Source of the DNA: Armatimonadota bacterium
GTDB lineage: Bacteria; Armatimonadota; Zipacnadia; Zipacnadales; UBA5352
Direction of reading: 5' to 3'
DNA length: 36,664 bases
Assembly (NCBI GenBank): GCA_034722055.1
Contig: JAYENL010000132.1
Coordinates: forward strand, 1-36,664
Positions 18,586 to 26,083 of this stretch are shown here, piece after piece. The notes beneath the pieces are model-generated. The model was not told where the DNA came from and searched no databases. It saw nothing but the letters and a program-made list of their open reading frames with translations. The translations under genes and the position numbers were made by a program. Numbering within the stretch: the first letter of the stretch is position 1; the number at the start of each line of letters is the position of its first letter.

Positions 18586-19120
18586 GTCGTTGCCGTTGGA
18601 GGGGCCGCACGACGACGGATGCGAAGCAGCCGGAGGAGGTCGGCCCAAGATTCTCAGGCGGCCCCTCCGCGGTACAGACGGAAGGCGCATCCTCGGTTCC
18701 GGCAGGGGGTGAGGCGCGCTCTCGTCGGAACCTCCCCCCGATCCGAGCTTCGCTCGGCCCACCCCCCTCCCTGGCGCCGCACACGACGTGGCGCAGGCGG
18801 GAGGGGGGAACGGTGGGCGTTGGCTCTCGCTCGTCGGAGGGGCCGTCCTGAGGGCGGCTGCGCAGCAGCCGCACGAAGTCGGCCCGGTCGTCTGTCGTTG
18901 TCGTGATCTGTTCCGTGGCACGGACACTCCTGTCCGTGCGCGCGTTTGTGCGTCGCGATTGAGAACGGGCTGGACGACAACGGCCGGGCGGGCAGGGAAG
19001 CCCGCCCCTCCTTACGACAATGGCTGACGACTCCCGTCGCGTAGGTCGGAGTTCCAGCCCGACGCCGTTTCTCAACGGCAGACGACAACCGCCGGGCGGG
19101 AACGGAGGCCCGTTCCTGCA
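18586..19120. repeat. REP-like palindrome island 2 (mosaic)
   Basis: GGAG-GGGCCG...CGGCCC (18598-18646, 18836-18885); GTGG-CACGGACA-CTCC-TGTCCGTG (18915-18939); minus-strand GGAG-GGGCGGGC-TTCCCT-GCCCGCCC (18986-19011); GTAG-GTCGGAGT-TCC-AGCCCGAC (19041-19063); recurring CGACAAC/GTTGTCG linkers. Confidence 0.85.
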
Positions 19121-19238
19121 AGCAGCACGACGAATGGACCTCGGAGGAGCTGCGGGGAGAGGTGCGCAAGCGCCTCCGGGCGCCCTCGCCCGCGCGTTCC
19201 GGCGACACTGCGGATTGGCAGCCTCATGATGGCGCCTC

Positions 19239-19267
19239 TTGGGCGCTGCGCTCCCGTCGCGTATAAT
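19239..19267 (+). promoter_or_regulatory. Sigma70 promoter of the glycosylation operon
   Basis: TTGGGC-17 nt-TATAAT (perfect -10), 7 nt before ATG 19275. Confidence 0.65.
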
Positions 19268-19274
19268 GCCCAGC

Positions 19275-21485
19275 ATGGTCAGGCAGGTGACACCCAATCG
19301 GCTGTCCGCCTACGTCATCGCGGGCCTCGTGGCGCTCGCGATGCTCTTCTGGGCGGACTGCCTCGTCGGCCCGAACGCCCCGCTGGCCGCCGGCTTCCAG
19401 GCGCGGATGGAGCCGTGGCGCAGCGAGTGCGACCTGCCCGGCACCGACCGCCAGTGGTCCCCGCTGCTGTGGGATGGCGTGGCCCAGTTCTATCCCTGGC
19501 GGCTGCTGGCCGCCCGGACCATGCGGCGCGGCGAGCTGGCGCTGTGGAATCGCCACCAGCTCTGCGGCTATCCCTTCGTGGGCACAGGCCAATCAGCGCT
19601 GTTCTACCCCCCGAACTGGCTGCTGGCGCTCGTTGAGGTGAAGTGGGGGGGGGGGCTGCTGGCGGCGCTGCACTACGCCCTGGCGGCCTGTCTCACCTGG
19701 GCGCTGGGCAGGCGGATCGGCCTGGGGCACCTCGCGGCCGCCTTCGCGGGCATCGCCTTCGCCTGGGGCGGCTTTATGGTCACCTGGACGGAGCTTCCCA
19801 CGCTCATGAGCTCCGCGGCCTGGCTCCCCGGGGCGCTGCTGGGCGCGGCCATGATCTTCGAGCGCAGCCGCTGGGGCGTGCCCGTCGTGGGAGTCTCGCT
19901 GGCGATGAGCCTGCTGGCCGGGCACTTCCAGATCGCGGCCTACGTCTGGCTCACCACAGTGATCTACGCGCTGGCGCGCGCCGCCTGGGAGGCGGCCAAC
20001 CACCGGCCCTCGCGGGCGGGAGCCCTGGCTGCGGGCATCGTCCTGGCGGGCCTTCTGGGCGGCGCCCAGGTGCTGCCGACGCTCGAGCTGGGGGCGAACT
20101 CACCACGTGGGGGCGGCCGGGCCACGGAGGCTGGCTGGCAGTTCCATCACGCCCGCGCGCTGCAGCCGGAGGAGCTGATCCTGCTGCTCCGGCCGGACGC
20201 CTTCGGCAATCCTGCCCATGGCGACCACCAGCTTACGCGTTACGGGATCCCGTACTCGGAGCACTGTGGCTTCGTCGGCGTCATCACCATCCTGCTGGCG
20301 CTGGCCGGAATCGGGCTGGCGCGCACCAGGCACTTCGCCGTCTTCATCGTGCTGGCGGCGGCCACCCTGAGCATCGCCATGGGCGGGCCGCTGGCGCGAG
20401 CCATGTACTTCGGCGTGCCGAAGCTCGGGCAGGCCGGGGGCTTCACGCGCATCCTGTCGGTTTTCACCTTCGCGGCGGCCATGGCCGGCGCCCTGGGTCT
20501 GCAGGCCATCTCCCGGCGGCTGCGCCATCGGGAGGAGGACGAAGACGAAGAGGCGGGCGGCAGTGCGTGGAAGCTCAACGCATCGACGGGAGTGTGCGTG
20601 GCGGCACTGGGCATTCTGCTGTATGAGCTGCTCCCGTGGGCCTACGACTTCCTGCCGAAGACCCCGAGGGAGCACGTCTATCCGCTCACGCCCGCCATCC
20701 AGCGCCTCATGGAGACCGACGGGCGGGTGCTGGCCGTCACGCCACGCGATGGGTGGACGATGGGGCGAGCCCCGGAGGCCGTGCTGCCGCCCAACTCCGC
20801 CACGGTCTACGGGTATGAGAGCATCGCGGGCTATGATTCGCTGATGCCGCGCAGCTACCGGGAGTTCCTGGCTGAGGCCGAGGAGGCCGAGCCGGCGCCG
20901 GCCGCCAACGGCAACATGCTACTGCCCCAGGAGGCGATCGGTGCGGAGCAGGTTCTCATGGGCGTCTCGGCGGTCCTCAGCCGCACACGGCCGGAGCCTT
21001 CACCGAACTGGCAGCAGCTCCCAGTGGTCGATCTGACCGCCAGCCACGGCGGCGTGGCGCTCTACGAGCCGGTCGCGGCGCTGCCCCGGGCCTTCCGCGC
21101 CCCGCCCTGGCCCTACGTGGTGAAGCCGTCGCTGGTTTCGGGGCCGCAGGGTCTGCTGGTCGCGACCCGAGCCTGTCCGTGGCAGCGAACCGGGAACGGC
21201 GTCATCAGCGTCACAATACCTGAGGGGCGGTTCGACTGGGACCTGTGCGTCACAGAAACCTTCTACCCCGGCTGGAACGCTTATGTGGATGGGGAGCCTC
21301 GCACGGTGCACCCCTACGCTGGCACGTTCTGCGGGGTGAGCCTGGATGAGAGAGATAAAGAGGTGCGCCTGGTCTTCGAGCCGACCAGCGTGCGCGTGGG
21401 GATCTTCCTCAGCCTTCTGGGCCTGGGGATCCTCGCGGGCGTGGCAATCGGCGGCAGGCGCGCCGGGAGAGATATACGAGATTGA
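19275..21485 (+). CDS. YfhO-like multi-pass membrane protein (putative GT-C glycosyltransferase), paralogue 1
   Basis: DGVAQFYPWR, GELALWN....GYPF...QSALFYPPNWL, LLAGHFQ, AQVLPTLE, PDAFGNP, ETFYPGWNAYVDG, FEPTSVRVG. Confidence 0.8.
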   Translation: MVRQVTPNRLSAYVIAGLVALAMLFWADCLVGPNAPLAAGFQARMEPWRSECDLPGTDRQWSPLLWDGVAQFYPWRLLAARTMRRGELALWNRHQLCGYPFVGTGQSALFYPPNWLLALVEVKWGGGLLAALHYALAACLTWALGRRIGLGHLAAAFAGIAFAWGGFMVTWTELPTLMSSAAWLPGALLGAAMIFERSRWGVPVVGVSLAMSLLAGHFQIAAYVWLTTVIYALARAAWEAANHRPSRAGALAAGIVLAGLLGGAQVLPTLELGANSPRGGGRATEAGWQFHHARALQPEELILLLRPDAFGNPAHGDHQLTRYGIPYSEHCGFVGVITILLALAGIGLARTRHFAVFIVLAAATLSIAMGGPLARAMYFGVPKLGQAGGFTRILSVFTFAAAMAGALGLQAISRRLRHREEDEDEEAGGSAWKLNASTGVCVAALGILLYELLPWAYDFLPKTPREHVYPLTPAIQRLMETDGRVLAVTPRDGWTMGRAPEAVLPPNSATVYGYESIAGYDSLMPRSYREFLAEAEEAEPAPAANGNMLLPQEAIGAEQVLMGVSAVLSRTRPEPSPNWQQLPVVDLTASHGGVALYEPVAALPRAFRAPPWPYVVKPSLVSGPQGLLVATRACPWQRTGNGVISVTIPEGRFDWDLCVTETFYPGWNAYVDGEPRTVHPYAGTFCGVSLDERDKEVRLVFEPTSVRVGIFLSLLGLGILAGVAIGGRRAGRDIRD

Positions 21486-22849
21486 GGACGCTTCTGGTCT
21501 TCCCGCGCTTCAAGTATCCCTCGGGAGATCCGCCCCTGGGAGTTGCCTACCTGGCCGCCGTCCTGCGTGAGCGCGGCCTGGAGGTCGATCTGTTCGACGC
21601 CACCTTTACGCGCAATCCGCTTCGGCGCGTCCGTGAGCTGGCCCGGCGGCGGCGCTACGAGCTGGTTGGCATAAGCGCGCTGACCTCGATGATCGAGGAC
21701 GCGGCAGAGATCGCGCGCGCCGTCAAGGACGTACGCCCTGAGACGATGGTGATCGCCGGCGGCCCACATCCCACGGTGGCGCCGGAGCATACGTTGGGGC
21801 TGGGCGCCTTCGACGCCGTGATGCTGGGGGAGGCAGAGGAGACGCTGCCGAGGCTGATCGAGAGCGGCCTGCGGCTTGAGGACCAGCCCGGCGTGTGGTA
21901 CATCGAGGGCGGCGAGATGGTGCGCAATCCCCGCGCCGAGCCCATCGCCGACCTCGACGCGCTGCCCATGCCGGCCTGGGACCTGCTGAACATGCGGGCC
22001 TACCTCAGCCTGTGGTATCAGCTCGACGCAGTGCGCTACGGCGTGCGGGGCACCTCCATCATGGCGTCGCGAGGGTGCCCCTACCGCTGCTCCTACTGCC
22101 AGCCGACGCTGAACACGATCTTCGGCAGGCGCGTGCGGAGACGCTCTCCCGGATCGCTGGTGGCCGAGGCCCGGGAGCTGCGCGACCGCTTCGACCTCGA
22201 GGGCCTCATGTGGCTCGACGACACCTTCCTGCTCAGCCGCCAGTGGATGGGCGAGCTGTGCGAGGCATTCATCGAGGCGGATCTCGGCCTTATCTGGGGC
22301 TGCAACGTGCGTGCCGACCACTGCGATCGAGAGTCTCTGGAGCTGATGCAGGCCGCGGGGCTGCGCATGGTGCATATCGGCATTGAGTCCGCCTCCCAGC
22401 GGATACTGGACGACGTCTACCACAAGGGCATCACCATCGAGCAGGTGCGGGAGACGACGCATCTGGCCAGCGGTCTGGGGCTGAAGGTCCGCGGCTACTT
22501 CATGCTCGGCGCGCCCACGGAGAGCGAGGAGGAGGTGCGGGCGAGCATCCGGCTGGCGAACGAGCTGCCGCTGGATGACGTCACCTTCAGCATCACCACG
22601 CCGCTGCCGCACACGGACCTGTATGAGATGACCAAGGACCTCATCGCCGCCGACTTCTCGCACTTCGACTACTACAAGAGCCCGGTCTACGACAACGACG
22701 AGGTGCTTGATCCGCGCACCCTCGACAGGCTCAAGAAGCTCGCCTACGTGAAGTTCTATCTGGGCCCAAAGCGCCTGTGGCGCACGATCCGCTCGGTGCT
22801 GGGGATCTCCGGCATCCGCAAGGCGCTGCTGAAGATCAAGAGGTTCTGA
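21482..22849 (+). CDS. B12-binding domain radical SAM protein (class B methyltransferase-like)
   Basis: PPLGVAYLAA, IAGGPHPT, GEAEET, SRGCPYRCSYC, DDTF, IGIESAS, GYFMLGAPTES. TTG overlaps the upstream stop. Confidence 0.93.
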   Translation: MRTLLVFPRFKYPSGDPPLGVAYLAAVLRERGLEVDLFDATFTRNPLRRVRELARRRRYELVGISALTSMIEDAAEIARAVKDVRPETMVIAGGPHPTVAPEHTLGLGAFDAVMLGEAEETLPRLIESGLRLEDQPGVWYIEGGEMVRNPRAEPIADLDALPMPAWDLLNMRAYLSLWYQLDAVRYGVRGTSIMASRGCPYRCSYCQPTLNTIFGRRVRRRSPGSLVAEARELRDRFDLEGLMWLDDTFLLSRQWMGELCEAFIEADLGLIWGCNVRADHCDRESLELMQAAGLRMVHIGIESASQRILDDVYHKGITIEQVRETTHLASGLGLKVRGYFMLGAPTESEEEVRASIRLANELPLDDVTFSITTPLPHTDLYEMTKDLIAADFSHFDYYKSPVYDNDEVLDPRTLDRLKKLAYVKFYLGPKRLWRTIRSVLGISGIRKALLKIKRF

Positions 22850-22850
22850 G

Positions 22851-24734
22851 ATGCTCGAGAGCGGGGAGCCCGCGGGAGATCGGCGGCTGGTGAGCGGCCG
22901 GGAGGTGGCCTGGGTCATCGCCTGGGCGCTGCTGGTGGTGGCGCTCACCGCCGCCCCCTACGTGTGGGCCATCGCCAACGCGCCGCCCGGCCAGCAGTTC
23001 CAGGGCTTCATCTGGGGCGCCGATGACGGGAACGTCTACCTGTCGTGGATCCGCCAGGCGGCCGAGGGTCGCCGGCTGCTGCGCAATCAATACACGACGC
23101 TGCCGCAGAGCCCGCACTTCTTCAACATCTTCCTGCAGACGCTGGGCCGCGTCGCGGCGCTGACCGGCCAGCCCCCGGCGGTTATCTTCCACGCGGCGCG
23201 GCTCGCGGGCGGGCTGGTGCTGCTGGCGGCCATCTACCTGCTGGCGGCCTTCATCACCGAGAGTGTGCCGGCGCGGTGGGCGGCGCTGTGCCTGGCCTCG
23301 CTGGGCTCGGGGCTGGGCTGGGCGGCGGCGCTGTGGGCCGAGATGGTTCCGGATCATCTGCCCGCGCCGCTGCAGCCGCCGGACTTTGCTCCCCCGCCGC
23401 CGCAGACGTGGCAGGTCATGCCGGAGGCGGTGACCTTCCTGTCGCTGCTGCTCAACCCGCTCTTCGTGTGGTCGATGGCCTTCATGTGTCTGGTGCTGCT
23501 GGCCGCCGCGGCGGCCATGGAGCGGCGGAGCCTGTGGTGGGCCGCGCTCGCTGGAGGCCTGCTGCTGCTCCTGGGGAACATGCACACCTACGACGTCTTC
23601 GTGATGCACGGGACCATCGCGGTCTACGCCCTGGCACTGGTGGCGATGAAGCGGCTGCGCCTGCGCGACGCGCTGGTGCGCTACGCCATCATCTTCGTCA
23701 TCGCCCTGCCCGCACCGGCGTGGTCCTGGTGGGCCGCGCATCAGGACCCGGCCTACCTGGTGAAGGTGGAGACGAAGACGCTGTCGCCGCCGCCGCTGGA
23801 CTTCGCCGCGGCCTACGGGCTCATCCTGCTGCTGGCCCTTGTCGGGGGCTGGTGGGCGGTGCGCCGCAGGGAGGACAACCAGCGTCTGCTGCTGCCTGCG
23901 GCCTGGGCGGTGGTGAATGCCGTGCTGCTGTATGCCCCGGTGAGCTTCCAGCGCAAGCTGGCGGAGGGCCTGCACATCCCGCTGTGCATCCTGGCGGGGA
24001 TGGCGCTCGTCTTCGTCATCGGCCCGCGTCTGACCCCGACACCGGAGGGCGATGCCGAGCCGGAGCCGGGGGCCGCTCCGGTGGGCGCCCGGCGCCGGGC
24101 CGCCGCCGGGGCGGCGCCCTCGTCGAGTCACCTGACGCTGCTGGTCGGGCTGACCGTAGTCCTGACGCTGCCGTCGAATGCGCTCTTCGTGAGCGGCTGC
24201 CTGGACAACGTGGCCACGAACAACATGGAGCTGCTCCACGTGCTGCAGCCGCCGATCTACCTGACCTTCGATGAGGTTCGGGGCATCGAGTTCCTGGCCC
24301 GTGAGGCCGCCCCGGAGGAGATCGTGCTGAGCTCGTCGCTGACCGGCAGTCACATCCCGGCGCGAGCGTGCTGCCTGGTGTTCGCGGGGCACTGGGCGGA
24401 GACGCTGCACTTCAGCGACGCCGTGGGCTTTGTGACCAAGCTTCTGCTGCCGGGGCGGAGCGAACGTGTCCTGTGCGCCGCCATCGAGGAGACGGGCGCC
24501 GACTACGTCTTCTACGGCCCGCGGGAGGCGCTCGTGGCCCGGCGATCGATGCTTGCCGCGGGCCTGAGGCCCCCGGAGGACCCGGCTGCGGAGTTCCGGG
24601 AAAGCACGCGTGGTTGCCTCGATGAGGTCTTCACCCGCGGTGATGTGAGCGTCTACAGATTCAATCCGAAGCGTCGTGAGCCGGAGGAGGCGCTTACGTC
24701 GCAGGGGCTGACAGTGCCCCCAGTGCCGCGCTGA
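22851..24734 (+). CDS. Multi-pass membrane protein, putative GT-C-fold glycosyltransferase
   Basis: About 12 hydrophobic segments; acidic loop DDGNVYLSWIRQ after TM1; HTYD; C-terminal AGHWAET and ADYVFYGPRE. Confidence 0.65.
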   Translation: MLESGEPAGDRRLVSGREVAWVIAWALLVVALTAAPYVWAIANAPPGQQFQGFIWGADDGNVYLSWIRQAAEGRRLLRNQYTTLPQSPHFFNIFLQTLGRVAALTGQPPAVIFHAARLAGGLVLLAAIYLLAAFITESVPARWAALCLASLGSGLGWAAALWAEMVPDHLPAPLQPPDFAPPPPQTWQVMPEAVTFLSLLLNPLFVWSMAFMCLVLLAAAAAMERRSLWWAALAGGLLLLLGNMHTYDVFVMHGTIAVYALALVAMKRLRLRDALVRYAIIFVIALPAPAWSWWAAHQDPAYLVKVETKTLSPPPLDFAAAYGLILLLALVGGWWAVRRREDNQRLLLPAAWAVVNAVLLYAPVSFQRKLAEGLHIPLCILAGMALVFVIGPRLTPTPEGDAEPEPGAAPVGARRRAAAGAAPSSSHLTLLVGLTVVLTLPSNALFVSGCLDNVATNNMELLHVLQPPIYLTFDEVRGIEFLAREAAPEEIVLSSSLTGSHIPARACCLVFAGHWAETLHFSDAVGFVTKLLLPGRSERVLCAAIEETGADYVFYGPREALVARRSMLAAGLRPPEDPAAEFRESTRGCLDEVFTRGDVSVYRFNPKRREPEEALTSQGLTVPPVPR

Positions 24735-24740
24735 TGGAGG

Positions 24741-25299
24741 GCTCTGTATCAACACCTGGCTCGCTTGGGAGCCTTCGGAGACTGGAGACCTTCCGTCTCT
24801 GCCTGTGGTGCGGAGGCCCTCCTCCGCACGCCGTTTGTCGTTGTCGGTGAGATCGCTTGCGATGTCCGGAAGCCCGACCTACGCGAAGGTGGGGGGCGTT
24901 TGCCGTTCCGTGGCACGCACACTCCTGCCCGTGGTGCGGAGGCCCTCCTCCGCACGCCGTTCGTCGTTGTCGGTGAGATCGCTTGCGATCTCCGGAAGCC
25001 CGACCTACGCGAAGGTGGGGGGCGTTTGCCGTTCCGTGGCACGCACACTCCTGTGCGTGCGCCGTTTGTCGTTGTCGGTGAGATCGCTTGCGATCTCCGG
25101 AAGCTCGACCTACGCGAAGGTGGGGGGCGTTTGCCGTTCCGTGGCACGCACACTCCTGTGCGTGCGCCGTTCGGCGTTGTCGGTGAGATCGCTTGCGATC
25201 TCCGGAAGCCCGACCTACGCGAAGGATGGAGCACGCCAACGCCTGGCGGCGGATGCGTTGTGGTGCAGGGCGGGCTACCCGTGACCGTTGATACGGAGC
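24741..25299. mobile_element. MITE-like non-autonomous insertion carrying a REP array
   Basis: Left end GCTCTGTATCAAC (24741-24753) and right end GTTGATACGGAGC (25287-25299) are 12/13 inverted repeats. Both ends are flanked by the direct repeat GCTGATGGAGG (24730-24740, 25300-25310). No transposase. Confidence 0.75.
24805..25225. repeat. Tandem BIME-like array: four copies of a 60-bp core with periods 126, 105 and 105 bp
   Basis: Core GCCGTTYGTCGTTGTCGGTGAGATCGCTTGCGATCTCCGGAAGCCCGACCTACGCGAAGG at 24830, 24956, 25061 and 25166, alternating with GTGG-headed palindromes. Confidence 0.95.
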
Positions 25300-25303
25300 G
25301 CTG

Positions 25304-26083
25304 ATGGAGGAGACAGTGTCCGAGAGGCAGAACCGGGCAATCGACCTGAGCATTGTCGTTCCCGCCTATAACGAGGCCGCGGCGCTGCCCGCGGCCATCG
25401 CGGCCGTCATGGGCTACCTCGATGATCGCGCGCTGGACGGGGAGCTGATCGTGGTCGATGACGGCAGCGCTGATGAGACGCGGGCCATCGCAGAGGCGGC
25501 GGCCGAGGGCGAGGATCGGATCCGTGTGGAGGGCTACGCGCGTAACCGGGGCAAGGGCCACGCGGTCCGACACGGGGTGGCCGCGGCCCGCGGCGAGGTG
25601 ATCGTCTTCCTGGACGCCGATCTGGCCACGCCGGTGGAGGAGACCGACAGGGCGCTGGCAGCGATCGCTGACGGTGCCGACGTGGTGGTCGGCACCCGCT
25701 TTCACGCCGAGGCCGAGATCGAGCGTCCCCAGCCCTGGCTGCGGCGCTTCATGGGCGGGCGCTTTCGATGGCTGGCCCGAGCCATGCTGGGCCTGTCGGA
25801 GAGCGACATCACCTGCGGCTTCAAGGCCTTCACGCGGAAGGCGGCGCGGGCGCTGTTTGGCCGCAGCACCATCGACGGCTGGGCCTTCGACGCCGAGCTG
25901 CTCGTTATCGCCAGGCGACTGGGCCTGCGGGTGGTGGAGGTGCCGGTGCGCTGGAGCGACAGCCGGGACAGCCGCGTCCGGCCGCTGGCCAACGCCGTGG
26001 AGTCCTGGCGACAGCTCATGCAGATCCGCCGCAGGCTGCGGGAGGGAGCGTATGATCCGCGTGGCGAGACGATGGCGGAGTGA
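25304..26083 (+). CDS. GT2 polyprenol-phosphate glycosyltransferase (dolichyl-phosphate beta-glucosyltransferase-like)
   Basis: LSIVVPAYNE, VVDDGS.D.T, NRGKGHAVRHG, FLDADL, DITCGFKAF, GWAFDAELL, EVPVRW. Confidence 0.92.
   Translation: MEETVSERQNRAIDLSIVVPAYNEAAALPAAIAAVMGYLDDRALDGELIVVDDGSADETRAIAEAAAEGEDRIRVEGYARNRGKGHAVRHGVAAARGEVIVFLDADLATPVEETDRALAAIADGADVVVGTRFHAEAEIERPQPWLRRFMGGRFRWLARAMLGLSESDITCGFKAFTRKAARALFGRSTIDGWAFDAELLVIARRLGLRVVEVPVRWSDSRDSRVRPLANAVESWRQLMQIRRRLREGAYDPRGETMAE

Noticed and set aside
18845..18880. Hammerhead ribozyme (CTGA...hairpin...CGAA)
   Set aside because: Core reads CUGAGGG and CGAAG instead of CUGANGA and GAAA, and stems I/III are absent. Better explained as a REP-type palindrome.
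18497..19297. ORFs within REP island 2
   Set aside because: Low-complexity translations of palindromic repeats, partly identical to translations of island 1.
24805..25225. CRISPR array
   Set aside because: Sequences between repeats are near-identical rather than unique spacers, units are 105-126 bp, and no cas genes are present.
24694..25353. ORFs spanning the tandem array (24765-25304 +, 24805-25284 +, 24694-25353 -)
   Set aside because: They are open only because the periods are multiples of 3 in GC-rich palindromic DNA. No convincing RBS or protein-like features.
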